DNA from: Cycas panzhihuaensis
Taxonomy: Eukaryota; Plantae; Cycadophyta
Direction of reading: 5' to 3'
Length of the DNA stretch: 64,000 nt
NCBI GenBank assembly: GCA_023213395.1
Contig: CM041465.1
Location: forward strand, 194,501,741-194,565,740
The notes beneath the pieces were generated by a model. It was not told where the DNA came from and did not search any database. It worked only from the letters and a program-made list of their open reading frames with translations. The position numbers were made by a program, and so were the translations under genes. Below, piece by piece: positions 27,401 to 40,772 of this stretch; positions within the stretch are counted from its first letter, which is position 1; each line of letters opens with the position of its first letter.

Positions 27401-30400
27401 GTCTCCTCATAGTCAATTCCTTCTTTCTGCTTGAATCCCTGCGCAACAAGTCTAGCCTTGTAATTGTCCACCTCTCCATTGGAGCGGAAATTTGTCTTAT
27501 AGACCCACTTGCATCCAACAAGATTCTTCGACGGAGGTAGTGGAACCAAATCCCATGTGTCGTTCTTCATCAAAGAACCATACTCCTCCTCCATTGCAGC
27601 TCTCCATCTTGGATCTCCTTTCGCTTTAGCAAACGATTCAGGATCACTAGAGTCATTGGTGTCGACCAGCAGAGTTCGATTGGCATGCTGACTTCTAGTT
27701 CGTCTATCATCAGTAAGGGTTTACATCGCCACACCAGAATCTTCAAGAGTTTTCCTTGCCCATAAAGGTATAGAAAGACCCGTTGCTGGAGGTACTTCTA
27801 CTTGCGGCGGTTCCTCACTATTACGTGTCCCACTTGGTCCTGCTTCCTCAGGTGCTACAACGATTGGCTCATCGTCCTCTTCGCTTGAAGAATCTGGGAA
27901 TGGGAGAAGGGGAGGGTAAAAAGGTTCCTCTGATGCTCTTTCAGCATGATAGGTTGATGATTCGTCAAATTTAACATCCCGACTAACCACAATCTTCTCT
28001 CCCTGTGGATCCCACAGTCTGCAGGCTTTGTTCTCCGTGCAATACCCCATGAATATACACTTCAAACTCTTTCGATCCAAATTTCATGGTATCATCGAGG
28101 ATGTGGGCGACGTTATACACCCAAACGCTCTCAAATGGCTAATGGTAGGCTCGATCGTCCATTTCTCTCATGTCCGCGAATCGCTCGAGTGGGTACCCGA
28201 TTTAAAATATAAACAATGCACGCCATACGCCGCCCAAAACTTCTAAGGTGTTTTTAGCATGCACCATACACCTCGCCATCTCCATCATGGTACGGTTCTT
28301 TCTTTTCAAGAATCCATTCTGCTAGGGGTATACAGGATCAGAACCCCCGCTTTATACCATGGTTGCGGCAGAACTGATTGAACGCATTATTGTCGTATTC
28401 CTTACCATTATCACTTCGTAAAGTTTTTATTTTCTTATCACTTTCATTTTCAACCATCGCTTTCCACTCACGGAAGCGATCCAATACGTCTGACTTGTTC
28501 TTGAGAAAATAAACCCAGGCTTTCCTGGTGTAATCATCTACAAACACAAGTGTATATTGGGCTCCTGATATCGAAGGATTTGGGAGTGGTCCCATAATGT
28601 CTGAGTGTATAAGCTCCAACTTCTCCTTGGCTCTCCAGGCATTATCCTTAGCAAAAGGATAGCGATGATGCTTGCCATACATGCATCCTTCGCATACACC
28701 ATCCGAAAGTGTAACCGATGCAGCCCTTCCACCATCTTCAACCTCTTCAGTAGTGCAATACTCCTGTAATTAAGGTGCCCAAGGCGATTGTGCCACAATT
28801 TACTTTCGGCTATCTCAGACCGGCAACAAAGGCATAGGACTTCTTCTGAGATTGAAACTTTTCAAACACCCAGAAGTTGTCCCTGACTTTCCTTAGAGCT
28901 ACGACAAAGAAAGTTCTATTTTGGGTCCTTTATCAGGCACTTATCATCATAGAGCTTCACTTTCATACCTTGCTTGCAGATCTCCTGAGCAAACAGAAGG
29001 TTTAACTGCATCTTGGGTACATAATATACCCCGAAAAACTTTCCTCCTGCAATGGAAATGTCACAGATACCATCTACCTAAGAACACGTCGAGCACCACT
29101 TTGATTTGCATTCAACGTATCAAAGTTTCACCTCTGGTAAGAGATGTGCTTCTGCACTCCAGAATCTAGTACCCAATAGTCTCTCTGATCTGATTCGGCT
29201 AACAAGGTCTGCGCTCGAACGCAATGAGCAGCAACACTCTTTCCTTTATCATCCCGGTTACCTTTGCACTTGTCACGACGTTCGAACCAACAGTTCTTCT
29301 CACGGTGACCATCCTTCTTGCAGTAATTGCACTTTCCATTAAACTACTTCTTGTCTTGAGAGCTTTCTCCAGACCTTTGTGTGATCTTCTCCTCCTTAGG
29401 GGCCTCTCTCCTCTGAGTTTTTATGGCTAAGGCCCCGACTTGAACTAACCTCCAAGCAAACCATGATGTTTGAGCTTGGCATCCTGCACTAGAATTAGGT
29501 TTTGAACCCGCCAAAAGTTTCTCGCCTCCATCACTTCGCCTCTACCATAAATGGTCCGGAATGTGGCGAACGCAATGGCGGCTTCGACATGATTATCGCA
29601 AACAAGAGGGCATCATCGATCGAGTTCTGCTTTAACTCTTCTAGCTTGTTCTTCAAGTCGGTTATCTTATTCAGGTAGGAGCTGATATTGTTCTCATCTT
29701 CGACTTTTGAATTGAGTAGTTCCAACATCAGAGCAAGACGTCTATTCGTCTTCTTCTTCTTAAACATATCACACAACTTCGTCCAAATCTCGGCCGGGTC
29801 ATCTAGATTGTGAACTAGAGCCCTCTGGTCCGGCGTCAGTGAGACTTTCAGTAATCCGACGGCCATATATTGCTTCTCTTCAAGTTTGATACGCTCCTTA
29901 TGGTCAAGTGGGACTAAATCAAGCTTCGCCTTGGTAATTCCCCAAAGTTGGTTCACCATCAAAATAAGCTCCATATTTGTCTTCCATTCGCTGAAATTGT
30001 TACCGTTAAAGATAACCTTAGGCATAAGCTTCTCCATCTCGAATATCTGGCTACAATATGAAGTACATGACACCAAACCAACGTATTAAGGACGAAAATG
30101 CACCCTTGTGACCTCCTCTGCTTCACGAGCATGCTTCCAAAGGGTCCCAACACAAATTATACCCACGTTACGTGAGTCATCGACTATTTTTCTCCCCTTA
30201 TCCGTCAACAAATGACCTTAAATAGTCATTAAATGTCACACCCGACACTCAAAACGACTAAAAAACAAGTGCTCCAATACAAAGACGGCTCCACATAAGG
30301 ACGGTGCACGGTCTCCAAGTCAAAAAATCACAAAAAAACATTTTGAGATGCACTCAAAACGGCTCAAGGACGCTTCAAGTATCTCTCACTATTGACGTGC

Positions 30401-32432
30401 ATCAATGGTTCAAAGGGCTTTTATAAAGTTGAATTGAGATTGGAATATGCCAAAAGGCATATTCTAAAAGTGACGACTTTTCAAGGAACTCGTGCCTTTT
30501 TAACTTAAGTCACATGCTTAAGTATCCTCCAAAAGTCACACTACTTGAGGAGAGGGACGTGGTTGTTCAACACACCCTGCTGCTTTATGTGCTGTCACCA
30601 AGTGGTCTATATCATCTGTATGGCTTGTAAGGCTTCAACGCAGCCAAGACATGTCTGCTGAGTACTCGGACAGCCTCTAAACAGCCACAGTTATCAACAA
30701 ACCAGCACACAAAGCGCCCAGCCTCCTTGGATCAGCACCAAATCAGACCTTAATAGGCAAACATGCCCCTTGAAAATGACCCAGTCGGCTTCTAAAGGTG
30801 CTCGGACGCCAAGAAAACAACTCAGCCAGTCTTAGATCCACAGAGGCGCCACCGGTCCTAAAAGGACCCGTAGCAAAGAATCGGCCCAGCCAGCTTTCAA
30901 ACATGCCCAGGCATGTTAATAAATGCTCGGCCAACCTCTATATGGTTGTTTTAGGCTTTATATATGTACACGAGTCTCCAAAATCCTCATAAATACAGAA
31001 AAAACCAATGAAAACAGCCTTTTGTTGCTGTAAACTTCAACCCAGCACTTATATTTAGATAGAAAACAGCCAATCTGGCCTTCAATCACGTCCACTGGTG
31101 CTTACACAAAGGTTTGATAGCAAGCACCAAAAGCGACCCCTTTTTTATCGATTTTTATGGTATTTTGATGAGGAATATAGTAAACTTACATGTACACACG
31201 CTTGGCTATCCTTACAGTCGCTGAATCACCATCAATGCGTGTTCTGCTCGCTTGAATCACTTCAATGATCATCAACTGCCTTCAGATGGCCCCCAATGAG
31301 CCAACTCCAACCACAAACGTGGTCTTCACGCTGGTCGACTCCAATAACCCTTACACTTCGTTGAATAGTGATCTCCACCACTTCAACCACCATTGATTTG
31401 TTGTGCCTGCTTCTGTACGATGTTGGGGTTGATGAACCCTCAAGACTTGTCTTAGGTCAGACGACTTCACCCAGCAACCAATGATCACACCGCCCCGCTC
31501 ACCGTCAAGCTTCAACTGTGCAGGACCTTATTGCTCTGGTACCATGTTCGAGAACATGAAATCATACACAAATGTTCTCAACCACAGGATCTTTAACCAT
31601 ACACAGCAAGCAACAAATTGAAAATACAAAAAACAGATGCACAAAACACAGGATATACGTGGGAAACCCTTTCGAGAAAAAACCCACCACAAAAGGATCC
31701 TCAAGGGATCATTGATTATTACACAATGAACTTGGATGATAGAATACACAAGGCCTCAAGGCATATATACTCTCCAAGAGGTGTCACCCGTTTAGGGTTG
31801 TGACCCTCTGAATAAATCGCACCTTTTCGCTCACACCATTTCACATAATTAAACCACATTAACATTAATTAAGTGGCTTAATAATTAACTGCCACGCTAA
31901 TAGATATGACAATAGTATTTATTGGACAATGGATTCATGGTAAAAGCTGATCATGGCAATTTGCAATATCTCCTTAAACATAAGGAATTGTTTCCAAGAC
32001 AACAAAAATAAATAAGTATGATTCATGCTTTTGATTTTGATATAATGTATAACAAAGGCAAACTAAATGTGATAATAGTTGATGCCTTATCCGACAGAGA
32101 CAAGCCTCGTCTTTGCATAGTTTTGATAGTTGAGCCAATTTGGGTAATGGGCATACAAGCTAATTATGCACAGGATCAAAACCTCCAACAACTTATCCTT
32201 AGGATCTAACAAGGACATGAAAATAAATTTGAATGGGAAAAAGACATTTTGTGGTACAAGGGACAAATATTCTTAGGGGCCAACTTAGGCCTCCAGGTAA
32301 AGATCTTAGAGGAAGCACATGTTGTTCTCTCGGTTGATCAAAAAGGATTTTTCAAAACATACCCAAGAGTCAAATATCCGTTCTTTTGGAAAGGAATAAA
32401 GAGAGATGTCTAGGAATTTGTAATTGAATGTC
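24468..32432 (+). mobile_element. Element D: decayed Ty3/Gypsy pol fragment (RT, RNase H, start of INT), split by F and truncated at G
   Basis: ORF 24578-25114 has YFTKIDLCSRYHHI, GHYEFTVMPFCVTNAPATFQ and VFFDDILIY. RNase H continues across the F insertion (25600-25653, then 31908-32060). INT zinc-finger region ~32300-32430. A possible 5' LTR begins at ~16335. Confidence 0.85.
25654..31902 (-). mobile_element. Element F: full-length, relatively young Ty1/Copia retrotransposon
   Basis: 358-bp LTRs 25654-26011 and 31545-31902 with about 14 differences by eye, TSD GATAT, PBS 31533-31544, PPT 26012-26020. Gag FNGNNFSEWK, INT LIHSDIMGP..FVDDYTRK, RT GCKWVYK..YVDDL, RNase H RTKHIEIQHHYIRE. Confidence 0.97.
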
Positions 32433-33969
32433 TGTTATGAACCTCCTTAGAAGGCCAATTAACTAATTATATTTTAACGAATGGGCATGATTGAAAAGGT
32501 GTAACTCTTGAATGAAGAAGGCCTACTATGTATCTATAAATATTGCCATTAACATATTGTACACATCATTCATATTTTATCAACCAATCATATTTGATCT
32601 ATCCAACTATTAAATCTACCTTCCAAGCCTATGTATGATCTCCTTTGTTCTGGATCTATTGAGACTGCTCCTGTTACGGAATTGGTCATCTAGTTCTCGT
32701 TGTTCTCAAAAAGAGAGTAAAGGTTGCACATTTCGTAAGAGCTGAAACTCTGCCAAACTTCTATATCAGTCATCAACTAACTTAATTGGTCATTATTTTG
32801 GGTTAGAGCCAATTTCTAGTCCTCCACATATTATGTTCATTTGAATGTGTTCATAATATATTTGATGAGTTTATGTATGTTGTATACAAAAAGAATAAAG
32901 ATCTCGTTGTGTGTTTTCCAGTAATTAGATTAATTCTAATTCTGTCATTTGGTATCAGAGCAGTGTTTTCTTACATATATTCATCTATTGCAAGTTGATC
33001 ATTCATCAAGAGAAGAAGATTGGTCTATTCCATTGTAAAAACGGAACTCTGTTTGCAGAAACATTCAAACCTGTTTGGGTCTGTTCTGAGTATATGCCAA
33101 ACTCGTTTTTGGCTAGTTGGACTTCGTTTGGCCCGTTCCTATTCGTCTTTGTTTCTATTTGTTTGTTGCTGACTCTGCATGACGTGCCCAATCAACAAGT
33201 TGTTCCTGCAACCGTAGACAAACTATGTATGTTTACACCATCGCATCTGTTGCTCATCCTTTGTGTATGTAGTTCGGGTTATGCCATGTCTATAGACTTG
33301 TCCATTGTTGGTTCTTGCTACCTGTGTATAGTGCCTCTAGTTGTGCCATACAATCCGTGGAAAGAGGGGCAAAGCCCTGCCATGTCAGTCGTACTTGAGA
33401 GGAGCTGCTTGTTCGCCATGGAATGAAAGCAAGCATATCTATGTAGCGATTTTAGTAGTCTAAAAAGGAGAAACAATCATCTACTAATGGAGGAGACACC
33501 TGAATGAGCTGTAGTCAACTATAAAAGAGTGTGTGTTGCGCCCATTGATCAAGTCCGCATGAAGATCGCCATCAACAGATCTCTGCTCTACAAGCATGAA
33601 GATCATCTTTGCATTTTCGCCATCACTCCTAGGCTTGTGCCTATATATCTTGCATTTCATGACAAACGAATCGACGAAACAATTATCGGGGCATTCCACT
33701 TAATAGTCGATGCAATCAATCAACTTGCCTGAGCAATTTGAAGCAATTTCAATCGAACGTTTTGCAAAAACCTCGCCTGCAGGGTTTTGATCAACGCTCG
33801 AGCATCTTTACAATGTTCGAGTTTGATATAATTTATTTTACAAAGTTATTTTTAAATTTAACTAGATTGGAATATTGCTACAAATCTGCAAAGCCCCCTT
33901 CCTACTAGCAGCCAGACACATACAACCTGAAGTGCGACCAAATCGCAGTTCGGCAGCCAAAGTGCGACC
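32433..33969 (+). mobile_element. Element G: orphan 5' LTR, PBS and ~1 kb leader
   Basis: TGTTATG (32433) to CTGTCA (32947), followed by perfect PBS tggtatcagagc (32950-32961). No partner LTR in the window. Confidence 0.75.
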
Positions 33970-35786
33970 AGGCTTGTTGCGCAGGGATTCAAGCAGAAAG
34001 AAAGAATCGACTATGAGGAGACATTTGCACCAGTCTCCAGAATGACAACGGTCCCTTTGTTGATTTCCTTAGCAGCAGCTTATGGTTGGGAGTTACATCA
34101 AATGGGCGTTAAGTCCACATTCCTTAATGGGGATCTAAAGGAGGAGATATACATATCACAGCCTCTGGGATTCGTTAAGGATGGCTAGGAGCATCTTGTT
34201 TGTCGTCTGAAGAAGTTAATCTATGGCCTAAAACAAGCACCCCGTGCTTGGTATGAGAAGATCGATACCAAGTTGAAAGCTGAAGGTTTTGAAATTTCAA
34301 AACTCGACCCAAACCTGTATGTGAAGAAAAGAGGGACTTCTGCAGTTGCTTGTGTGATGTATGGGGATGATCTAATCATCGACGGTAACCATGGCAAGGC
34401 TATAACCGAAGTCAAATCCAATTTGGGAGCTTCATTTGACATGACAGATCTCAGGGAACTTCACTATTTCTTGGGCATTCAGATCAGGCAAATGGAAGAT
34501 AGGATCGTGTTGTTGCAATCGCAGGATGTGAAGAACTTACTGGAGAAATTTGGAATGTAGCACTGCAAACCTATTGCAACACCATGTGTAAAAGAAGCAA
34601 GGTTATAGAAGGACATGGCCCAATCTTCTATAGATGGCACTAAGTATCGCCAGTTGGTAGGGAGTCTCATTTATTTGACTCATACCAGGCCAAATATCGC
34701 ATACGTTGTTGGATTGGTTTCCCGCTACATGCCGAATCCTCAGGAGACTCATTTGGTGGCAGCAAAGCGGATTCTGAAATATCTGAAGGGGACAATTAAT
34801 CTTGGTCTTGAATATCGCAGAGGTGAGAAGATCAGGTTGCATAGCTACACGGATGCTGACTGGGGAGGAGATTCTGACAATCGAAAGTCCACTGCTGGAT
34901 ACATGTTTAGTATTGGCAATGGATTTGTTTCGTGGCAGTCGAAGAAGCAGCAAACAGTGGCGCTATCTTCTATAGAAGCAGAATATTAAGGACTCAGTAC
35001 TGGTGCGAAGGAAGCAGTATGGTTGCAAGGTCTCTTGGAATTTCTTGGCGTTTCCAATGGACATCCGATCCTCTTTGTTGATAATCAGAGTACCATTCGC
35101 ATGTCGAAGAATCCAGAGTTTCATGCGCATACGAAGCATATCGAGATTCAGCACCATTACATTCGTTAACAAATCAAGTCAAGAAAGTTGCAGGTCGACT
35201 ATTGTCCGAGTGAATTACAGCTTGCGAACGTGTTCACCAAGCCACTCACTAAAGATCAATTCACGAAGATGCGTAAAAGATTAGGACTCACCATTGTTAT
35301 CCTTGAGGGGGGATGTATTGACAAAGATAAAGATGTTGCAGGATAGTCCCAGGCTTCGTGATAACTCAACTACTGCACGTTGCAAGTTCCTCGCATTCAC
35401 ATTAAGGGGGGATGTTAACGTGACAGTTAATTATTAAGCCACTTAGTTAATGTTAATGTGGTTTAATTAAATGAAGGGGTGCAAAGCCAAAAGGTGTGAC
35501 TTATTTAGAGGGTCACAACCCTAATCGAGTGACACCTCTTTGGAGAGTATAAATGCCTTGAGGCCTTGTATATTCATAAAATCAAGATCATTGTCTCAAT
35601 CCACTGTGCAATAATCAAGTGATCCATAAAGGATCCTTTTTGTGGTGGGTTTTTTCCCGAAAGGGTTTCCCACATATATATTGTGTATTGTGTACCTATT
35701 TTTTGTGTTTCTATTTGTTGTTTGTTGTGTATGGTTAAAGATCCTGCGTATGGGAACATTTGTGTATGATTTCGTGTTCCCAAACA
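33970..35786 (+). mobile_element. Element F2: 3' half (RT, RNase H, PPT, LTR) of a second F-family Copia, opposite in orientation to F
   Basis: Close reverse-complement match to ~25654-27455. LTR 35413-35786, PPT 35402-35412. Begins abruptly within RT (RLVAQGFKQK). Confidence 0.92.
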
Positions 35787-37499
35787 ATCATCTCTATGCA
35801 TGGCATTTCTCCATGAGCAAAATGCCCTACTAATAGGTCATATGATGAAGATGCCACCTCTTCTAATCTGACACAAGGTTGCCTAATCAGATGGCCTACA
35901 ATAGAAGATGTCCTTTCTATAGGCTCAACGAATTGCCATATACTCTGCACATGAGCTACCATCCACCAACTAAGGCTTGCTATGTTCCAAATTTGTCATC
36001 AACGATCTCTCAATGAGCTCTATCATTCCACAACCCTAACATATGCCCTACATGAGCTATCATCTTCTATTGTTCACAAATGCATAATGTCCACTCTCTG
36101 ATGGGGCTTCTCTCAAAACCCAAATGGGGTTTTGCACCATGTCCACAGGCCATCTACATAGACTGTAATGGCCTCTTACAAGCTTTGATTTCAAATTTGC
36201 CACTCTACTCTACTCAAGTTCCACAAGCTTGTTACTTGTGACCTCTATTCACGACCCATATCAGTAGCAAATCCCAAGGAGGGGCACTCACAATTAGCTC
36301 TAAAATGAGTTTATATTGTCCCCAACAACTTACAAAATTCAACACCCTATCACTCAATCATTGTCACCTCCATCTAGTGATGGCTACTTCACTCACATGG
36401 GATCTCATCAAATCTGGTACACATTTTCTTATGCCCTCAACGTTTCATCATTTTTTCCCTCTTTCTTCTAAGCATTTAGCTCCATAGATACCCTTTTGTT
36501 CTAGCACTATACAATCACAGCTATTAGGCATAAATTGTTACTGGGATTTCATGGACTTGTAAGCATCGATCAACAAGTTGCTCTGCTTCAACTGCCATAC
36601 TCTGCCTCTAACATTCAAATTACTTAAAGTGCCAAATCATCTCAACAACTTATGTTTCGTGGACATCCGTTGAGTCTACTATGTGGGCTTCATACAACCA
36701 ACAACTACCTGCCATCCATTGCCATAACAGAGTGATCAAGCCTGCATTCGCGATCCAATAGCACTCACTTCATAGGTCATAACAGCACTCATTTCATAGG
36801 TCACTCGACCTTATTCATGCCCATATCAACCATTCCTACACCACGTGAGACTCAATCCATCCATGTGTTCAATATACCCTTGACAAAAAAATACTAAAAA
36901 TAATTAAGATATTGGAGTCACCATTAAAATGCATGCATGTTAATTATTTAAACGTGCCACATATCTAAATGCCCATCCACTAAAGCAATTTTAGAACAAT
37001 CTCACTTTAAATTTAAGATACCAACTTCACCGCTCTTCCAATCCATAATCATCCACCATATCAAGTATAACTTCCACAAATAGGTTCTAATAAAATCCTT
37101 CAAGCAAACATAACCTTCTAAGGATCAAACAATTAAGCTTTGATACCATGCTAGAAAATAAAATCATGCTCAAATACTGTGATAGAACATTACATAAGTG
37201 AAAGCGATAATTCAACAAAATATTAACATGAAGACACTCAACAATGAGATTACAATAGATACAACATGAAATATAAGTAAAATGAAGTATGCAAGAAGTG
37301 TTAAGGGAAATGATCATCTCCATTATTGTATTATAAAAGAGTACATACTTACAGATACAATAAGCACACAATTTTATCATGCTCATAGATTAATATCTAT
37401 ACAAATATGGACCTTTTTAAGATGTATATGCACAACATTTGAGAGATGACCATTACAATAATTATGAATTGACCATTGATTAAACATTATTCTCCAATA
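35787..37499 (-). mobile_element. Element I: truncated Copia-type element (5' LTR, PBS and decayed internal sequence)
   Basis: PBS gctttgatacca ending at 37148. LTR ~37149-37499 shares motifs with the J LTR (gggaaatgatcat) and, in reverse, with the K LTR (caacatttgagagat, ttgaccat, taaacattat). Confidence 0.65.
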
Positions 37500-40400
37500 C
37501 CCACCATGTAGAATGCTGAGTAGATTATGTTAGAGCAATTGGAGTCCACTAATGTCAGGGATGTGGCTACAAAACACAAGCAAGCAATGTTACAAACACA
37601 TAAAAGATGGCATGCTTGGGGATGAACCCAAAAATTAAGGAAAAATGCTCCTTATATTACTAAACTCAAAATGAGTATATTTACATTTGCTCTTCCTAAC
37701 CTTTATGACCTCTCTAAATCTCTTCTATATTTATCCCTCTTATCTTCTAAAAGAGTGTGCCCCTCATCTCTTGGAGGGTAGTTACATGCAACTATTGATT
37801 ACAAGTTGGTGATAACTGAAGATCAGTTTCAAAAAACTAATAAGAATATCCGACACCTCAAACCTAAACTAAATTAGCTCACTCCCTACCTAAATAACTA
37901 TCTCACCTTATTTGTTATCCTTAGCCCATTTGGCATTATGTAGGTTTACTCGAGCAATAATCACATGGTGTGAGCTAATGACTTAAAAGTATATAAAGTG
38001 AGCGATGATCCACACTCACATTACAAGCATACTAAATTAATCCTAAAAGTGCCTAGCTTTAAGAAATACAAGCTATAGTACATCTATGGTACATGATAAT
38101 CAAAGAAAAGCTTATTATTGGAGTAGTCGCTAGGGAATAAGTGGAAGATGTATAGGTTGAGGCTACCTTGGCAACCATTCAGAGCTTATAGGCCTCTATA
38201 TGTACATTCTCTATTGATAATAAAATATGTGCTTGCCACAAGTGTGGATGGCTCTGTAATATCATGGTTCATGTCCATGTTTTTTAAATCCCTTGAAACC
38301 TCTAGTTCAACAATGTGACACAAGTTATTTGTGTGATAGAAGACACGAGCTTTAACCAAGTAAACTAAGGTCTATTACAAAAAGGATTCTTCCAGGGTAT
38401 TTGGTATTACACTTGAATAATGACAAGCCAACAATACCAAATAAAGGAGACATTAAGCATTCTTACTTTTTAAACTCTCTTTAATCAAAGCACTTTATTC
38501 TTTGGACTCTCCTCAAATGGCTAGAAGAATGAGCATCAACATAAGGTATCAATTATTCCGAGTCTCCTTAGCACAGTCTCCTTAGCACAATAGATTCAGT
38601 TCTAAATCATTCACTCTTGTATGATATGTTAGTTATTAGGATTAGTGCACTCAATGCATCATAGAACATTCCCTGCATACATTGGCTTCAAGAACCTACA
38701 TGACAAGAGTACTCAACACATCACAAAACAATCAATTTCTATACTAACAGTCTTCTGCAATAGGGCTTATTCATTACATCATAAAGAGCAAAGCTCAAAC
38801 ATTCTATTACAGTTGCTTTAATCCTAGTTTCAAGGATTCAGGATATAATGGACTACAAGTTTTCAACACACAACATGGACGACTAGTTTGAGAGCAACAT
38901 GTACCTCCCCTCTTATGCAACCAATAAGCATCTATGATATTTAGAGGAGACGAATGTTGATCATAACAACATTTACAATCTACTACACACGAGCTTCTAT
39001 ATCATTTTTGTGCAAGATAACATCAACTTGCTCACTATGCTTAGAGGATAAAGCGTATTAATGAGGTTGGCTCGTGATGAACTTGTTGTGTATTAAACCA
39101 TTTTATACCATCCACCATTAATGCAAGTTACAATTTGCGTTAGGCATATATGAGATAATATGTGAAATACATTATGAGATAGAATATTATAGATAAGGCA
39201 CGTTGAGAAGATATTAATAATGATAAGCCATAGGGGATGTGAAAGTTGTGTGCCAAATGCTCAATTTTCTGAAATTCAATTTAGTGTGGATTCAAAAACT
39301 CAATGATATTAGGATAGATGCTAGAGAGTGGGATGTTGACATAGACTAGAAGATAAGTATGTAACCCCTAAGGATTGGCCATATGCTTATGTGGAAAATT
39401 GTGTTAATGCTAAGGTTGGTAATGACTAGAGTGCAAAAAAAAACAAGTCAAAGCAAGTTGGTGAAAGGTGGAAAAGTTGAATATAGAGCCAAACAATCTT
39501 CATTTGCAAATGTTGTGGAACCAATATCTCTTATAGCCTAATGCATTCTTAGTTAAGTCGTATATACATAACATAGTATCTAGAGGTGGGCCATCTAGAT
39601 ATGATGGGCTTTTGATCTCTTGTAGCAATCATTCTCATTCATTATTAAGATTATTTTGTATTAGACAACTTCATGTCCATATTAAGGTATTGCATTCCTT
39701 GAGTTCAAAAGACACATGTACTACACAATTCAAGAATAGAAAAGGCATAAAAGAAGTGGATATTTAGAAATTTGCTTACAACTAAAACAACCTTAAGTAT
39801 GGTTCAACAAATCATCCCCTACCAATTGGCAACCTAATATCCATACAAGAAACTTTCAAATTAAGATTATGTGGGTACTTTCAAGTGAAGGTTGAGTACG
39901 TGTTTATAACATAACTACATCATCTTAGCTTTTCGGAAAAGCTTTTACACATTTCCAAAGAAAAATCTAGCTTCTCTAAATTATGGCATAAATCCAATGA
40001 CCATTGTTCTCACCAATCCCCACAAAAAGTAGGCATGTGAAACAACAATAATGCATGTATTCCTTGTTACATCCCCTGTACATGTCAATTATATAAATGC
40101 CTAATACAAACCTATCATGCATTATACACATTTTGAACTCAACACCCAAAATACAAAACTAGATCATTACATAAGCAATAAAGATCATAAGCAATTGCAT
40201 AAAGATCCTACTGAAAAAGAGTAGATATGGAAAGCACAATTTCCAGAATGCATCTCCCTTTCCATCTCTTCAAAGCTTATGCACTTTCAAGAAAACATCA
40301 ATCATGGCCCTCTTGAGAATGACCTTTGATATTTCTATCATGTGGCGAACATGTGGATGTCCTCTCTTTTGCCATTAAATAGCCAATTTCAATTTTCACA

Positions 40401-40735
40401 AGAGATTACTGAATATCGAAATGCTTCTTCTAGTTCTTAAATGGTTTACATCCACAAGATCATTTTCTCGTGGAATTATTCTATTGTATTGGATTGACGT
40501 GAGGCAAAACCATGCCAAGGTTGCTTCAAGGACGAGCCTGTGACATCAAAGGCTCAATCTTATAACTATGTAGAGTTGTGTAAATGCTTTCAAACTCGTA
40601 TAGCTTTGTGAATTAAAGGTTGGAAATTTTCACAAACTCTTTGTATGAGGTGGAGAACATTTCAAGCTACAAATGAAAAATTACTACCTCATTCATTCTG
40701 GTTATTGTTTTAAGTATTTCGAATCAAGAAAAATC

Positions 40736-40739
<4 letters not shown>

Positions 40740-40768
<29 letters not shown>
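40740..40768. repeat. (CT)n microsatellite
   Basis: Run of about 14 TC units. Confidence 0.95.

Positions 40769-40772
<4 letters not shown>

Noticed and set aside
32995-33426. 143-aa ORF after the PBS of G as gag or env
   Set aside because: Non-ATG start, no recognisable motifs, and it sits in leader sequence.
37528-39360. Further solo LTRs or LINE fragments
   Set aside because: LTR-like composition, but no convincing termini, TSD or partner could be established by eye.
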